DNA of 64,000 nucleotides from Rebecca billardiae RCC1528. Lineage: Eukaryota > Protista > Haptophyta. Position 1 is the stretch's first letter, and every line of letters begins with the position of its first letter. The position numbers were made by a program, and so were the translations under genes. The stretch is from the NCBI GenBank assembly GCA_965240325.2, contig OZ251242.1:620001-684000 (forward strand). The letters are read 5' to 3'. The notes under the pieces are model-generated. The model saw only the letters and a program-made list of their open reading frames with translations, made no database searches and had not been told where the DNA came from. Positions 10,012-20,830 of the stretch are shown here, piece after piece.

Positions 10012-10013
<2 letters not shown>
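7048..10013 (-). mobile_element. Putative non-autonomous TIR DNA transposon inserted in (TA)n, carrying a decayed chromodomain ORF
   Basis: Left end TATA|GGTAACAAAT; right end reverse complement TATA|GGTAAAAAAT (9/10 match). Inverted subterminal GCGCGGAAGTC at 7087-7097 and 9974-9984. TA runs abut both ends. Confidence 0.65.
7158..9083 (-). pseudogene. Frameshifted transposon-type protein ending in an acidic tract and a chromodomain
   Basis: Coding-like sequence passes through ORFs 8173-9381, 8049-8519, 7294-8106 and 7158-7526. Removing one C at 7328-7330 joins EDDEDEDDD to the chromodomain ELYPVDDIVSKETRDGVVGYIVRWEG..PDSWEPADNV. Confidence 0.65.
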
Positions 10014-10059
<46 letters not shown>

Positions 10060-10284
10060 CATGTATATATATATATTAACCAATATATATATATATAGTT
10101 GTTATTATATAATAATAATAACTATATAAATATAATATAACTACGACGTACCGACCGGCGCCCGTGGAATGCAGGTGGCAGCAGCATCGATTATCAGAGC
10201 GCAGATAGACTCATGCTGCTGGTCCGGCGGGGCCCGCGGCCGCGTGGCGCGCCGCCGCTGGCACTCATCGCGAATATATGCTGC

Positions 10285-10335
<51 letters not shown>

Positions 10336-10350
10336 TTGCATACCACGTCG

Positions 10351-10439
<89 letters not shown>
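10014..10439. repeat. Cluster of (TA)n microsatellites
   Basis: TA runs at ~10014-10140, 10288-10333 and 10354-10439. Confidence 0.95.
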
Positions 10440-10442
<3 letters not shown>

Positions 10443-12158
10443 TAAACTTTTCTGAGGATAGCGCACCAGCAATTTCCCTTGACCGCCATCCGGGCCGAAG
10501 TGGCGCAAAATGGCGGTTGCCCCGTTTGGGCGCCCTTCCGCGCCTTCGAGCGGCTCGTGCGCGTCGGAAAGTGCGCCGAAGCGTATCCGGAGCATGCTCC
10601 ATCGACGCGTCGCACTGCCGGGCCCTCGCATGCGAGCCCATGCGGACGTCTGAGTGCGCCTCGCTGCGCACGGTACAGCTTGACGGTACACGGCACGATT
10701 GGGCCCGCGAGCAGCCTCGTGCGCGCGACCGAGCCAGAGGTGGTCGTCAAGAGTAGCACGAGCGGCGGCACACGAGCGGGGCTGGTCGTTGCCGAATATC
10801 TGACGCACCAATCGACCTCGCCCAGCGCTATCTGCTCGTTTGTGCACGTGTCGGAAAGGATGAGCAGCTGCGTGCAAACGCCGAGCGCGCAGATGAGGCG
10901 TGGGCGAGCGAAGGGGCGGCGAGGGCCGGCGCGTGCGCGCGCGTAAATTCGAGCCTCCCCATACGCATCGAAACACACCGCGCTCGCTCGTCGAGCTGCG
11001 CACGGGTATCGGTGCGCGCGCGCCAACGCGGCGCGCCGTGAACGCGCCCGGCGAATGCACACCTGCTCGCGCGCGCACGCGCACGTGATGGACCGAGGAG
11101 GTCGCGCGAGCATGCGCGATGTGTCTGGATTGAGCGTGTAGGAGGTGTAGGCTGCGCTCCGCACGCGCTCCGCCACCGTGCACCGCGCTGCTCCTCGTCC
11201 ACGCGATCGCCGCCGAGCCCAGATTCAAACGCGCGCGAGCCCGCGAGCGCGCCTCCGAGCAGCGCTTGCAGCAATCGTGTCGAAGGCTTGGCGAGAGGCA
11301 GATGTGCATGGCAAGTAGCGCAATGGGGGTGCCCATCACGCACACACACCCGCGCACGCTCGCCGCACCACCTCGTCGTGCCCACGTTCAGCGCGCGGGG
11401 CGCACTTTGCGCCTCGAGCAGCTGCCGAGCGGCTCCCGCGCGCGGCGCGCGCAGCGAGTAGAACTCAGCCAATGGTCCGAGGGCGAGCCGGCCGAGCGTC
11501 GTGCGTGACGCACATGGACCTGGTGCAACGCCGCGTACCACTCGCAGCCACCATCGCGCCCGTACCAGCGAGCTGTGGCCGCCGCCGACACCCCAAAGCA
11601 GCCCAGCCGTCAGCGCGCGACAGCCGACGAGCGCGCGACGCGCGCGTGCACCACCGTGATGAGCACGGATGAGCGCGCGCGCCCGTGTCGTAGCTCAGGT
11701 GGGGTCCCCCGATCGCACGCACCACCGCGCTGCCACGCCTTCGACCATCTTGTGTCACCACGCGGGCACACGCCGGGCAGGCGGCGGGGGCAGCCCGCTC
11801 GGCAAACGGTCAGCGCGCAGCGAGGATGGAGTCCGGCGAGGGGCGACCGGAGTGTCCGGCGCGACGGAGGTGGTCCATGCCGTGGTCGCCGACGCGTTCC
11901 TCACCACCTCCGAGGCCGTGGTGGCCGCCCGGGAGAAGGAATGCTCCCAGTCGCACCCTTTGCAGTGCTCCTTTGCGCGTGCACGCAACGGCGAGGAGCG
12001 GAAGCGTTAGAGGGCACTTTCTGTGCAGTTCAGGCGTTCTTTCCCCAAAATGTAGAATGCGCGGAGAAGTGCCCTCTAACGATTTTCGTGTGCAGCCGTG
12101 CCGCGCGCGCGAGGAAGGCCACATGCGGCTCCTTGCACATCTGCTGCAGATCGGCTTG

Positions 12159-15100
12159 TGATGTTTATTCCGCCTTACCAGTTCCCCGGTCACGCAGGGG
12201 CTTATCACAGTGTCCCTGCGGACGTCGTCAGCAGCGTCGTCCGTGCGGACGAGCGGGCGGTGCGGGAGTCGTCCCACACAGGTCACAAGTCAATGTCAAG
12301 GGCAAACGGCGGCCACCAGTAAACTGATAGGCCGGTCGTTAGACCAATAGCGCCGGGGGAAAACGTATATACGTAACCGGCGGCTTGCGTTCGCCTGCGG
12401 GCAGCGGCGAAAGCAATAGGATTAGGGGCCGAGCGCGCTCGTGCCGGTTCAGGGAGGGCAGGTACGACAGCGAGTAGTACCTGGTACTCGACCTCTCCTG
12501 GCGGTTGGATCCAAGCGCCTGGAAAGGAAAAGAAATCGTGCACGGAGGAAATTCGGGATTAATACAACACCCCCCCTCGACATCATGCCGAAGGCGGCGG
12601 AGGTGGTGGAACAGCATGCAGTATCGCCACGACGTGTTTCAGAAAAGTACTCGTCGCGGTAGCCTTGGTCATGATGTCGGACCGGTTGTCGTCGGTCGAC
12701 ACCTTCTGGATCAGCACGGCGCCGTCGGCTTGGCCTTGCGCGCGCCGCGTGAAATGGTACTTCACGTCAATGTGCTTGGTGCGCTTGTGGTGCACCGGGT
12801 TGTTCGTCAAATCGATCGTGCCCTGGTTATCCTCGTAGATCACCGTCGTGGGCTCCACGACCGGCTCGTTCAAAAACGTGACCAGGTCGCGCAGGTAGAT
12901 CACCTCGCGGCAGCACTCGCTCAGCGCGATGTACTCCGCCTCGCACGTAGACAACGCGACCACGCTCTGCAGTCCGCTGTGCCACGAGATCGGGACCCCG
13001 TTGTACATAACAAGGTATCCCGTCGTAGAACGTCGTTCTTCACGATCGTTCGCCCAGTCCGAGTCCGCGTACGCCACCAAATCAGGGTGTTGTGCGTGCG
13101 TCGCGTGCCGGAAGAGGATGCCGCGCCGACGCGTGCCGAGCAAGTATCGGAGCGTGCGCTTCGCGGCGGTCAAGTCGTAGAGCCGGGGATTGGACATCCG
13201 GCGTGCCAGCATGTTCACGGCGTGTGCGATATCGGGGCGACACGTCGTCATGCAGTACATGAGGGCACCGGTCATCTCCTGGTAGTGCTGGCGGTCAGCG
13301 CGCAGCAGGAGGGCTTGCAGCGGGCGGGGGATCTCGCGCGTCTCGCTGCACTCGGGGGTCGGTGGGTGGCGCTCTCCACTCAGGTGGAAGCGCTCGCACA
13401 CATCACCGATGTACTGGTTCAGGTGGGTAAAAAGTCCGTCCACCGTGGTCTCAAATTCGGCGCCAAGGAACTTGCTCAGGCAGTCCGCGCCCTGCATCTC
13501 GTAGTGCGTCAGCAACGCCGTCATCAGCGCGTCCAACGCGTTCTTGTCCTTCGAGATGTTCATCATCAGCAGATCGTCGACAAAGTGACCGACGAACACG
13601 TAGCCGCCATCGACTGCCTTCGAGTAGATGCACGGCGCGCTCGGGCACGGCTCGAACCCATGTTCGAGCAAACACTTACGCAAGTGTAGGTACCACACGC
13701 GCCCGGCCTGGCGCATGCCTGGGAGCGCCTTCACAAACTTCGCGACCACCTTCGAGCCGAGCGGCGTCGAGCTCTTCGGGGTGTAGCCAGGCGGGAGCGG
13801 TGTCATCACCTCCTCGCCCTCCGGCAGGTCGCTGTTCAGGTATGCGTGCCGCACGTCGGCGGGTCGCATCTCCACGATCTTGGCGCTCGCCGCGTCCGTC
13901 ATCGAGACGCCTTTGGCCTTGAGCGCGACCGCGAGCATCAGCCGCAGCTGTTCTGGTCGTATCGTCGGGGCGAACACCTCATTGAAGTCGATGCCCTCGC
14001 GCTGGCGGAACCCCTGGGTTACCAGCCGCGCCTTGAACTTGATCACTTCGCCATCGGGAAGCGTCTTCACGTCGAACACCCACTTGACAGGAATCGTGCG
14101 CGTGGTGTCCGGAACAATCACCTCGAAGAACGTGTGTCTCACGCCGTGCGCGTCGAGGTGGTCATGGCAGGCCTGCATCCAGAGCTTGGCCTCGGGCGAT
14201 TTCATCGCCTCGTCCCACGTCGTGGGGATGGTGATCGGCACACCATTCATCCGCGCGATTGTCGTCGCAGCGAATGCCTCGAAGCTGTTCTCCTCGGTAG
14301 GTTCCTCGCCCGCGGCCTGGAACGCTGCCTCGGTCACAGCCTGCACCGTCTGCGCGGCGGGTCTGCTCCGCCTCGCTCGGTCTCGTCGCATCGGGTCGTA
14401 GTCGCGCGGCAGCTCGGGCGCCGCGGACTCACCAGCTCGTGCGTCGTCATCGCCTCCGGCGTCATCGCCGTCGGCGCTCGATCGCGCAGCTTCGCTTGCC
14501 GCGCCACCGTCGTCATGAGCAGCAGCGCCGCCGTCATCGGCCGCGCCGTCCTCAATCTCAAAATGCTCGTCGCCCTCGCCGGTGAGCTCGCCGTCAGCGG
14601 CGTCTCCCAGCTCAGTCTCGGGCTCGGCATTGTCATCGCTGGCCGCGAATGGAGTGTGCCTCCCCTCGACCAGCGACCGCTCATCAATGATGTACACGTC
14701 CTTTGAGTGTATCACCTGCTGCTGCCCGTCGTCGAGCAGCACCTCGCGCCCCGTCCAGCTGTCCTCTCGTGAGGATGGTCGGGGCGCTCGCAGCATCGGC
14801 TTCAGCGGATGCCGTGAAGGGTATGGATCGTCTCCATTCCCATCATCATCGAGCTCGTGCTCGACGTTGTCGATCACGAGGACCATCCAGGCCCCCGCCG
14901 CGGTGTCGTCACCGCAAGTGCCACACGCGGGCACGTCAATGCTCGCGCGGTTCGTACCGCGCGCGCAGCCGCCCTGCAGGCGGAGGACATTCGAGGTTGC
15001 GTAACGGATGTCCTTCTGGTAGTCACCGAAGTCGTACACCACGCCGTGCGTGGGTATCTGGTTCGTCAGCGCGCTTTCACTCGGCTGCTCGATGCAGAGC

Positions 15101-15620
15101 GCGCAGCACGCGAGCATAATTGCCCGCGCGTTCGTCGCGCCACCCGCGGCGCTGCGACCGGCTGGATGGGCCATGCCCGGCGGTCCGTGGTTTCACACGT
15201 CTGAGCTCATGATGTTTATTCCGCCTTACCAGTTCCCCGGTCACGCAGGGGCTTATCACAGTGTCCCTGCGGACGTCGTCAGCAGCGTCGTCCATGCGGA
15301 CGAGCGGGCGGTGCGGGAGTCGTCCCACACAGGTCACAAGTCAATGTCAAGGGCAAACGGCGGCCACCAGTAAACTGATAGGCCGGTCGTTAGACCAATA
15401 GCGCCGGGGGAAAACGTATATACGTAACCGGCGGCTTGCGTTCGCCTGCGGGCAGCGGCGAAAGCAATAGGATTAGGGGCCGAGCGCGCTCGTGCCGGTT
15501 CAGGGAGGGCAGGTACGACAGCGAGTAGTACCTGGTACTCGACCTCTCCTGGCGGTTGGATCCAAGCGCCTGGAAAGGAAAAGAAATCGTGCACGGAGGA
15601 AATTCGGGATTAATACAACA
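12159..15620 (-). mobile_element. Ty1/copia LTR retrotransposon A (internally deleted; RT-RNase H only)
   Basis: 411-bp LTRs at 12159-12569 and 15210-15620 (TG..CA, one mismatch seen), TSD GCTTG (12154-12158, 15621-15625), PPT GAGGGGGGG at 12570-12578. Confidence 0.95.
12583..15174 (-). CDS. Copia reverse transcriptase-RNase H ORF lacking Gag zinc knuckle, protease and integrase core
   Basis: KWVFDVK, FKARLVTQGFRQREGIDFNEVFAP, ADVRHAYL, HFVDDLL, YADSDWA, STCEAEY, EDNQG, KHIDVKYHF, DIMTKA. Confidence 0.9.
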   Translation of the reverse strand: MAHPAGRSAAGGATNARAIMLACCALCIEQPSESALTNQIPTHGVVYDFGDYQKDIRYATSNVLRLQGGCARGTNRASIDVPACGTCGDDTAAGAWMVLVIDNVEHELDDDGNGDDPYPSRHPLKPMLRAPRPSSREDSWTGREVLLDDGQQQVIHSKDVYIIDERSLVEGRHTPFAASDDNAEPETELGDAADGELTGEGDEHFEIEDGAADDGGAAAHDDGGAASEAARSSADGDDAGGDDDARAGESAAPELPRDYDPMRRDRARRSRPAAQTVQAVTEAAFQAAGEEPTEENSFEAFAATTIARMNGVPITIPTTWDEAMKSPEAKLWMQACHDHLDAHGVRHTFFEVIVPDTTRTIPVKWVFDVKTLPDGEVIKFKARLVTQGFRQREGIDFNEVFAPTIRPEQLRLMLAVALKAKGVSMTDAASAKIVEMRPADVRHAYLNSDLPEGEEVMTPLPPGYTPKSSTPLGSKVVAKFVKALPGMRQAGRVWYLHLRKCLLEHGFEPCPSAPCIYSKAVDGGYVFVGHFVDDLLMMNISKDKNALDALMTALLTHYEMQGADCLSKFLGAEFETTVDGLFTHLNQYIGDVCERFHLSGERHPPTPECSETREIPRPLQALLLRADRQHYQEMTGALMYCMTTCRPDIAHAVNMLARRMSNPRLYDLTAAKRTLRYLLGTRRRGILFRHATHAQHPDLVAYADSDWANDREERRSTTGYLVMYNGVPISWHSGLQSVVALSTCEAEYIALSECCREVIYLRDLVTFLNEPVVEPTTVIYEDNQGTIDLTNNPVHHKRTKHIDVKYHFTRRAQGQADGAVLIQKVSTDDNRSDIMTKATATSTFLKHVVAILHAVPPPPPPSA

Positions 15621-15872
15621 GCTTGTGCTCGGCGAGCGCGGCGAGGAGGAAGGTGCGCGCTCGCGAGCTGGCGCACCTGGGAGTCCTCGCGGCCTCCGAG
15701 CAGAAAGAGCGCGTCGAGCGCAACGCCGCAGGTCGCACGGTCGCGATCTCGCGAGAGCGGTGGTGCGAGGGCGGGCCTCGCCATCGCGCGTTTCTGCGTC
15801 CAAACGCGGCCTCCGTAAAATCCGGATGGCGGTCAAGGGATTTTGCTGGTGCGCTATCCTCAGAAAAGTTTA

Positions 15873-15986
<114 letters not shown>

Positions 15987-16126
15987 CCGGACCGCAGGCC
16001 ACGGAAGTTGGCCGGGCCCGCCGCACGGCTGGCCCCGGCACAGCCGAGAGCGCGCCCGCGTGCGCAGCTCACTCGTACGACACGCAGGACGATGCCGCGC
16101 CGTAACCACGGGTGCGCCGCCGCGGG

Positions 16127-17365
16127 CTACGCAGCCGACGCTGCCTGCGGCTGCTTCGACGTCGCCGAGGCCGAGGCCGAGCCCACCGCCGCGCTCGCGT
16201 CCTCGGCCTTGATCGAGAAGATGATCACGAGGTCCCCGCGGTGCTTCCCCGCGCCGCGCTTGCCACCGGCTCGCCTGGCACGCTTGGCCGTGGCCCCGCC
16301 GTCCGCGCTCTCCTCCGTGCAGATCGGCATGCCCTCGCCCGGGATCACGTGCCGCGCGCCATCGCGCACCTTGATGCCGCGCGTGTTCACGACCAGCTCT
16401 CGGCCGTCCAGCGTGCTCAGCCGCAGGTTGACGCCGCGCTTGGCGCGCGCCTGCTTGGGCGTGAGCGCGCACGTCCAGATCAGGTCGTTCCCACGCCACT
16501 CGAGCCACTTGTGCGGCGCGACGCGCAGCACGAAGGCGACCGTGGGCGGCGCGCCCCTCGAGCGGAGGCGCGTGCCGGGCTTGCAGCCGGGCGGCACGGT
16601 CACGGTGACAATCGACGACCGGCCGCCGCTCGTCACCTTGAGCTTTCGACTGGCGCCGGCGTACACCTGCGCGAGCGTGCACGTGAGCTCGCGCACGTGC
16701 ATCCGCGGCGGGTGCTTGCGCGGCTGCGTCGGCTCGGGCGGCGCCCATCCCCTCCGCCCCTGGCCGGGCCCACCGCCGCCGCCGAACGCTCCGCCAAACA
16801 TGTCGCCCAGGCCGCCGCCGCCCATGCTTGCGCCGGGCGCGCCGCCGTTGAAGAGCATCGAGAGCAGGTCCTCGATCCCGCCGCCACCGCCGCCTGGGCG
16901 GCCGCCCACGTGGAAGCGGAACGTCGTCCCGCCGGGCCCCACGCCGCCGCCGAACTGCGGGCCTCCGAACGCGCTGCCCGGAAAGCCGCCCATCCCCGCC
17001 GTCCCAAAGCCGCCAGGGTGGGCGTGCGCTGAGGAGAAGTCGGCGCCCTGCTCCTTGGCCTTGAGGCCCTGCTCGCCGAATTGGTCGTAGACCCGCCGCT
17101 TCTCCGGGTTCGACAGCACCTCGTACGCCTGAGCGACCTCCTTGAACTTGGCCTCCGCGCGCTTCTTCTGCGCCTCGTCCGCGTTGCGCTGCCGGTCGGG
17201 GTGCCACTTGAGCGCCGCCTTCTTGTACGCCTTCTTGAGCGTGGCCGAGGTGGCCTTGTCTTTGCTCACGCCGAGCGTGTCGTAGTACGACCTGCACCGC
17301 CCGCACTGCAGCGCCGCCAGTAGTAGCACGGCCAGCAGGCTGACCGAGCGGCCGCCGGACGCCAT
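16127..17365 (-). CDS. DnaJ/Hsp40 type II co-chaperone with signal peptide (ERdj3/DNAJB11-like)
   Basis: Signal peptide [14 protein letters not shown]-domain YYDTLGV..KWHPDR..AYEVLS, G/F-rich region, and C-terminal domain (GNDL, IPGEGMP, RGDL). Confidence 0.9.
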   Translation of the reverse strand: MASGGRSVSLLAVLLLAALQCGRCRSYYDTLGVSKDKATSATLKKAYKKAALKWHPDRQRNADEAQKKRAEAKFKEVAQAYEVLSNPEKRRVYDQFGEQGLKAKEQGADFSSAHAHPGGFGTAGMGGFPGSAFGGPQFGGGVGPGGTTFRFHVGGRPGGGGGGIEDLLSMLFNGGAPGASMGGGGLGDMFGGAFGGGGGPGQGRRGWAPPEPTQPRKHPPRMHVRELTCTLAQVYAGASRKLKVTSGGRSSIVTVTVPPGCKPGTRLRSRGAPPTVAFVLRVAPHKWLEWRGNDLIWTCALTPKQARAKRGVNLRLSTLDGRELVVNTRGIKVRDGARHVIPGEGMPICTEESADGGATAKRARRAGGKRGAGKHRGDLVIIFSIKAEDASAAVGSASASATSKQPQAASAA

Positions 17366-17594
17366 TTCCCGTGCGTCCAGAAGCGCTGACCCCGCCACGT
17401 CACGGACTCACGGTTCGCTTCGCCGGTGGCTCTTCTGATCAACATCAGTGTCTTCCAACTCGACACGGTACTTGTACAGCTTACTACTATACTATGTTTT
17501 AACGTGCACACTTGGTTAATGATTGAAGTAGCTACAGGTACTACTCTGGGGCGACAGTATGCATGGGTACACGGCCGCGTGGCCTGCGAGAGCA

Positions 17595-18467
17595 TCATCG
17601 CCCTCCGTCCCCATCCACCGCCGCGCGGCGCCTGCCGCGCGCGCGCACTCGATCCTGCAGCGGGCGGCGGCGCGCCGCGCGCCACTCGACGTCGGACTCA
17701 GCAGTCGGCATGCCCAGGAAGCGGGCCTCGGAGCCGGGGACGCGCGCATGCGCTGCGGCGCGCGGGCCGAGCGGTAGGCGCCACGCGCGCTCGAACGGAT
17801 CCGTCGGGCCCTTGCGCGCGAGGATCAGCAGCTCGAGCACCTCGAACTCCACGGGCGGCTCGCACGCGTGCTGCATGCGCGCGGCCAGCTCGCGCGCCGC
17901 CTCGCCCGTGGAGGTGTGCGTGATCGTCAGGTGCGGGCGGAAGGGACGCGTGGAGCGCTGCGCGTCGGGGCAGGCCTCGCAGACCTTGCGATACAGCTCG
18001 TCCAGCCGCCCCGTCGGCTCGCCCACCTCGCTCGGGTCCAGCCACAGGACGCCGTGCCGCGTGCCGCCGAACACATCCAGGCTGCCGAGCCGCAGCCGGA
18101 AGGGCGGGACGGTCGCGAGTGCGGGCGCGACAGCGTCGGCGAAGCGCTCAAAGTAGATGGGCTCGATGAATGGGTAGATCAGATTGATGTGCGGTGGCCA
18201 GCGGTACAGGCCAGCGTCCTGCAGCTCCGTGCGTGCGGCCTGTATCTGAGGCCAGCACTCGTCCGGCGGCACGATCGCAAGCGCGGTGGTGTGCACGCGC
18301 CTGCTGCCGAACGCAGGCGCGGGCGCCGACGGCGCCTGGCTCGCCGCACTCGCTGGTGACGAGACGCTGATGACGACGAGGGGCAGCGAGAGCATCGTGG
18401 TGATGCGCGACGCGACGAGACGAGGCAGCAGCCATGCGGCATTGCGACACGAGCGCCCGACCGCCAT
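17595..18467 (-). CDS. 2H phosphoesterase (2'-5' RNA ligase-like; LENG9-type)
   Basis: TALAIVPP, RWPPHINLIYPF and FRPHLTI are the two 2H motifs. Confidence 0.8.
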   Translation of the reverse strand: MAVGRSCRNAAWLLPRLVASRITTMLSLPLVVISVSSPASAASQAPSAPAPAFGSRRVHTTALAIVPPDECWPQIQAARTELQDAGLYRWPPHINLIYPFIEPIYFERFADAVAPALATVPPFRLRLGSLDVFGGTRHGVLWLDPSEVGEPTGRLDELYRKVCEACPDAQRSTRPFRPHLTITHTSTGEAARELAARMQHACEPPVEFEVLELLILARKGPTDPFERAWRLPLGPRAAAHARVPGSEARFLGMPTAESDVEWRAARRRPLQDRVRARGRRRAAVDGDGGR

Positions 18468-18660
18468 GCTGAGCAGCTGATCACGTCATTCACGTGGCGG
18501 CCGGCGTTTCCGCGTTTGACGGTTGACCGGCTGCCATCAGGCATCATGATCATTGTCACCGCCGATAGTATCGATCTACAGATATCACGTGTCCGGTGTC
18601 GCCGCCGCCGCCGTCGTCGGTGATCAACGGTGATATAGTGTGATAGGCCGCCTACCGCAC

Positions 18661-19896
18661 TCATAGGCGTGCGGTGAGCTCGTCGTCGTCGTCGAGCGAG
18701 CGCAGCCACGTGTGCGTGGCGTCTGCGGCCGAGCCGAGCAGTGACGCGCGCGGAGCGGCGCTGCTCATGCTGCCGGCGGCGCCGGCGGCGCCCTGGCTTT
18801 CGGTCGCGGTCGACGTGCCCACAGCGCGCGCACCGCGCGCGCCAACCGCGTCGGCGCCGCGGCTGACGAGCGGGTCGCACGGGAGCTGCTTGAAGTGGAA
18901 GCCGCGCAGGTTGCGGTGCCGCGCGCTCACGATCGCGTACCACACGGCGGCGAGCCCGTTGAACACGCCCCACAGCACGAGCCACGCGAGCACCGCCGCG
19001 GCGTGGATGCGCTCCGCGCCCGGCGCGTCGCCCAGCAGCGCGCCCACCACGTTCTGCACCGCCGCGAGCACGGTGAACGCCGTGCAGCCCAGCACGTACG
19101 TGTCGAGCAGCGTGAGCGAGGCGATCGGCGGCAGCGAGGACGAGACGATGATCTTGTACGCGGCCGCGGTGAGCAGCATGGTGAGCGTGATGGAGAGGCG
19201 GTCGGCGAGGTCCTCGCGCGGCACGGCGAACGAGAGCGCGCTCAGCGTCGTCGCGATCCACGAGGGCAGCGCCACGTTCGAGATGAAGTAGCCGGGGCGC
19301 CGCTCGACCACGACGCACGCGCGCACGGCCGCGTACACGTTCGAGCGCTTGGACTCGCCGGAGAAGGTGGTGCCGACGCTCGCGGTGAGCGCGCGGAGGC
19401 GCAGGGTGCCACGAATAGTCACGCCCGACGTGCGCAGAGTCACCGGCCGCGGCTCGTCCGAGTCTACAAACGTGAGCCGCATCGCGTGTTTTGTGCGCAC
19501 GTTCGGACCGGGCACGATCGGATGGCGCTCGGACTGCACCTCGATGCCGAGCTCCTGCATGTCGAGCGGGAAGCGCTCGAGCTCGAGGGACTCGGCGAAT
19601 GTGCCGCGCACGCGCAGCTGCCACACCAGGTCGTCGCCGCGGACCGTGCCCTCCCCAACCGTCGTGTCCGAGAGCACGTCGACCGACACGCCGTTGCGAA
19701 TGGCGAGCGACGGGCCGGGCCACGACGGGTCGATCGTGCCAGGCACGGCCCCACCGCGCGCGGTGGCGGAGATATCTATCTCCGCCTCGAACGTCTGCGA
19801 GACGACGTTGAGTGCGGTGAGCGTGCGGAACTGCACGCCCAGCACGATGTCGACCGGCGGGCCGTTGACTGCGCCGGGCAACGCCTGGTCCGCCAT
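18661..19896 (-). CDS. Cys-less (Pro-loop) pentameric ligand-gated ion channel
   Basis: SQTFEAE, WPGPSLAIRN, LELERFPLDMQEL (loop without cysteines), ERRPGYFISNV (pre-M1), DRLSITLTMLLT (M2), SLPPIASLTLLD (M2-M3); four TM helices. Confidence 0.88.
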   Translation of the reverse strand: MADQALPGAVNGPPVDIVLGVQFRTLTALNVVSQTFEAEIDISATARGGAVPGTIDPSWPGPSLAIRNGVSVDVLSDTTVGEGTVRGDDLVWQLRVRGTFAESLELERFPLDMQELGIEVQSERHPIVPGPNVRTKHAMRLTFVDSDEPRPVTLRTSGVTIRGTLRLRALTASVGTTFSGESKRSNVYAAVRACVVVERRPGYFISNVALPSWIATTLSALSFAVPREDLADRLSITLTMLLTAAAYKIIVSSSLPPIASLTLLDTYVLGCTAFTVLAAVQNVVGALLGDAPGAERIHAAAVLAWLVLWGVFNGLAAVWYAIVSARHRNLRGFHFKQLPCDPLVSRGADAVGARGARAVGTSTATESQGAAGAAGSMSSAAPRASLLGSAADATHTWLRSLDDDDELTARL

Positions 19897-19953
19897 CGTC
19901 AACGGATCACAGCTTTACCCCGCTGGGAGGTCGTCGTCGAGACGTCGATCGGC

Positions 19954-20830
19954 ATGCCGGGCGACGCACGCGCTTAGCCGGTGCGCTGCGCACACGCTGG
20001 CCGGCCTGGGCTACAGGAACAGGCCCGAGTGTGATCACGCGTTCTGCACCAAGGTGCCTTCGTTCGGCATGCCGAGCGACGCGCGCCCCAGCCGGTGCGC
20101 TGCGCACAAGCCGGCCGGCATGGTCGACGTGAGAAACCCCAAGTGTGGTCATGTCGGCTGCACCACGCGGCCTTCGTTCGGCATGCCCGGTGACGCGCGC
20201 GCCAGCCTATGCCCTGCGCACAGCCGCTGCGCTGCACACAAGCTGGCCGGCATAGTCGACGTGAAGAACCGCACGTGTGATCACGCGGGCTGCACCAGGC
20301 GGCCTTCGCTCGGCATGGCGGGCGACGCGCGCGCCAGCCGGTGCACTGCGCACAAGCTGGCCGGCATGGTCGGCAAGAACCAGCGCGAGTGTGATCACGC
20401 TGACTGCACCAAGCAGCCTTCGTTCGGCATGGCGGGCGACGCACGCGCCAGCCGGTGCACTGCGCACAAGCTGGCTGGCATGGCTAACACTCGGCTCGCC
20501 GTCCCCAAGCGCAGGCTGGAGCATGGCATTAGCGACCAGGGCACGAGCGCCACAGCGCGCCGGCGCGAGCACACCAGCCGCACTGCCGCTGTTTCGGACG
20601 GTGTCTGGGCCCTGGACGAGCGGCATCAGCGTGGCAACGCAGACGATGCGGTCGAGGCTGCCCCTGGAAGCGTCGACAACGGTCTACCAGCAAGCATCAT
20701 CGTCATCAACAAAGCTACCACCGCTGCGCCAGCGGCACGACAACTATACGACTATTACCAATACCATCGGCATCATCGGCATTTGAGCGGATTGAGTGAC
20801 GTGCTAGGAGTCCGGGCCCTGGCACTGTGA
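19954..20830 (+). pseudogene. EsV-1-7-type cysteine-rich repeat protein, 5' end frameshifted or truncated
   Basis: About five ~37-aa repeats CDHAGCTxxPSFGMxGDARASRCxAHKLAGMVDVKN at 19945-20490. The first unit is broken (GCGCTTAGCCGG versus consensus GCGCCAGCCGG). Confidence 0.75.

Noticed and set aside
12159-12569. Tf1-style self-priming complement of the PBS inside LTR A
   Set aside because: No matching stretch was found by eye in the LTR.
12505-14706. Long plus-strand ORFs antisense to element A
   Set aside because: Typical antisense shadows of a GC3-rich RT ORF.
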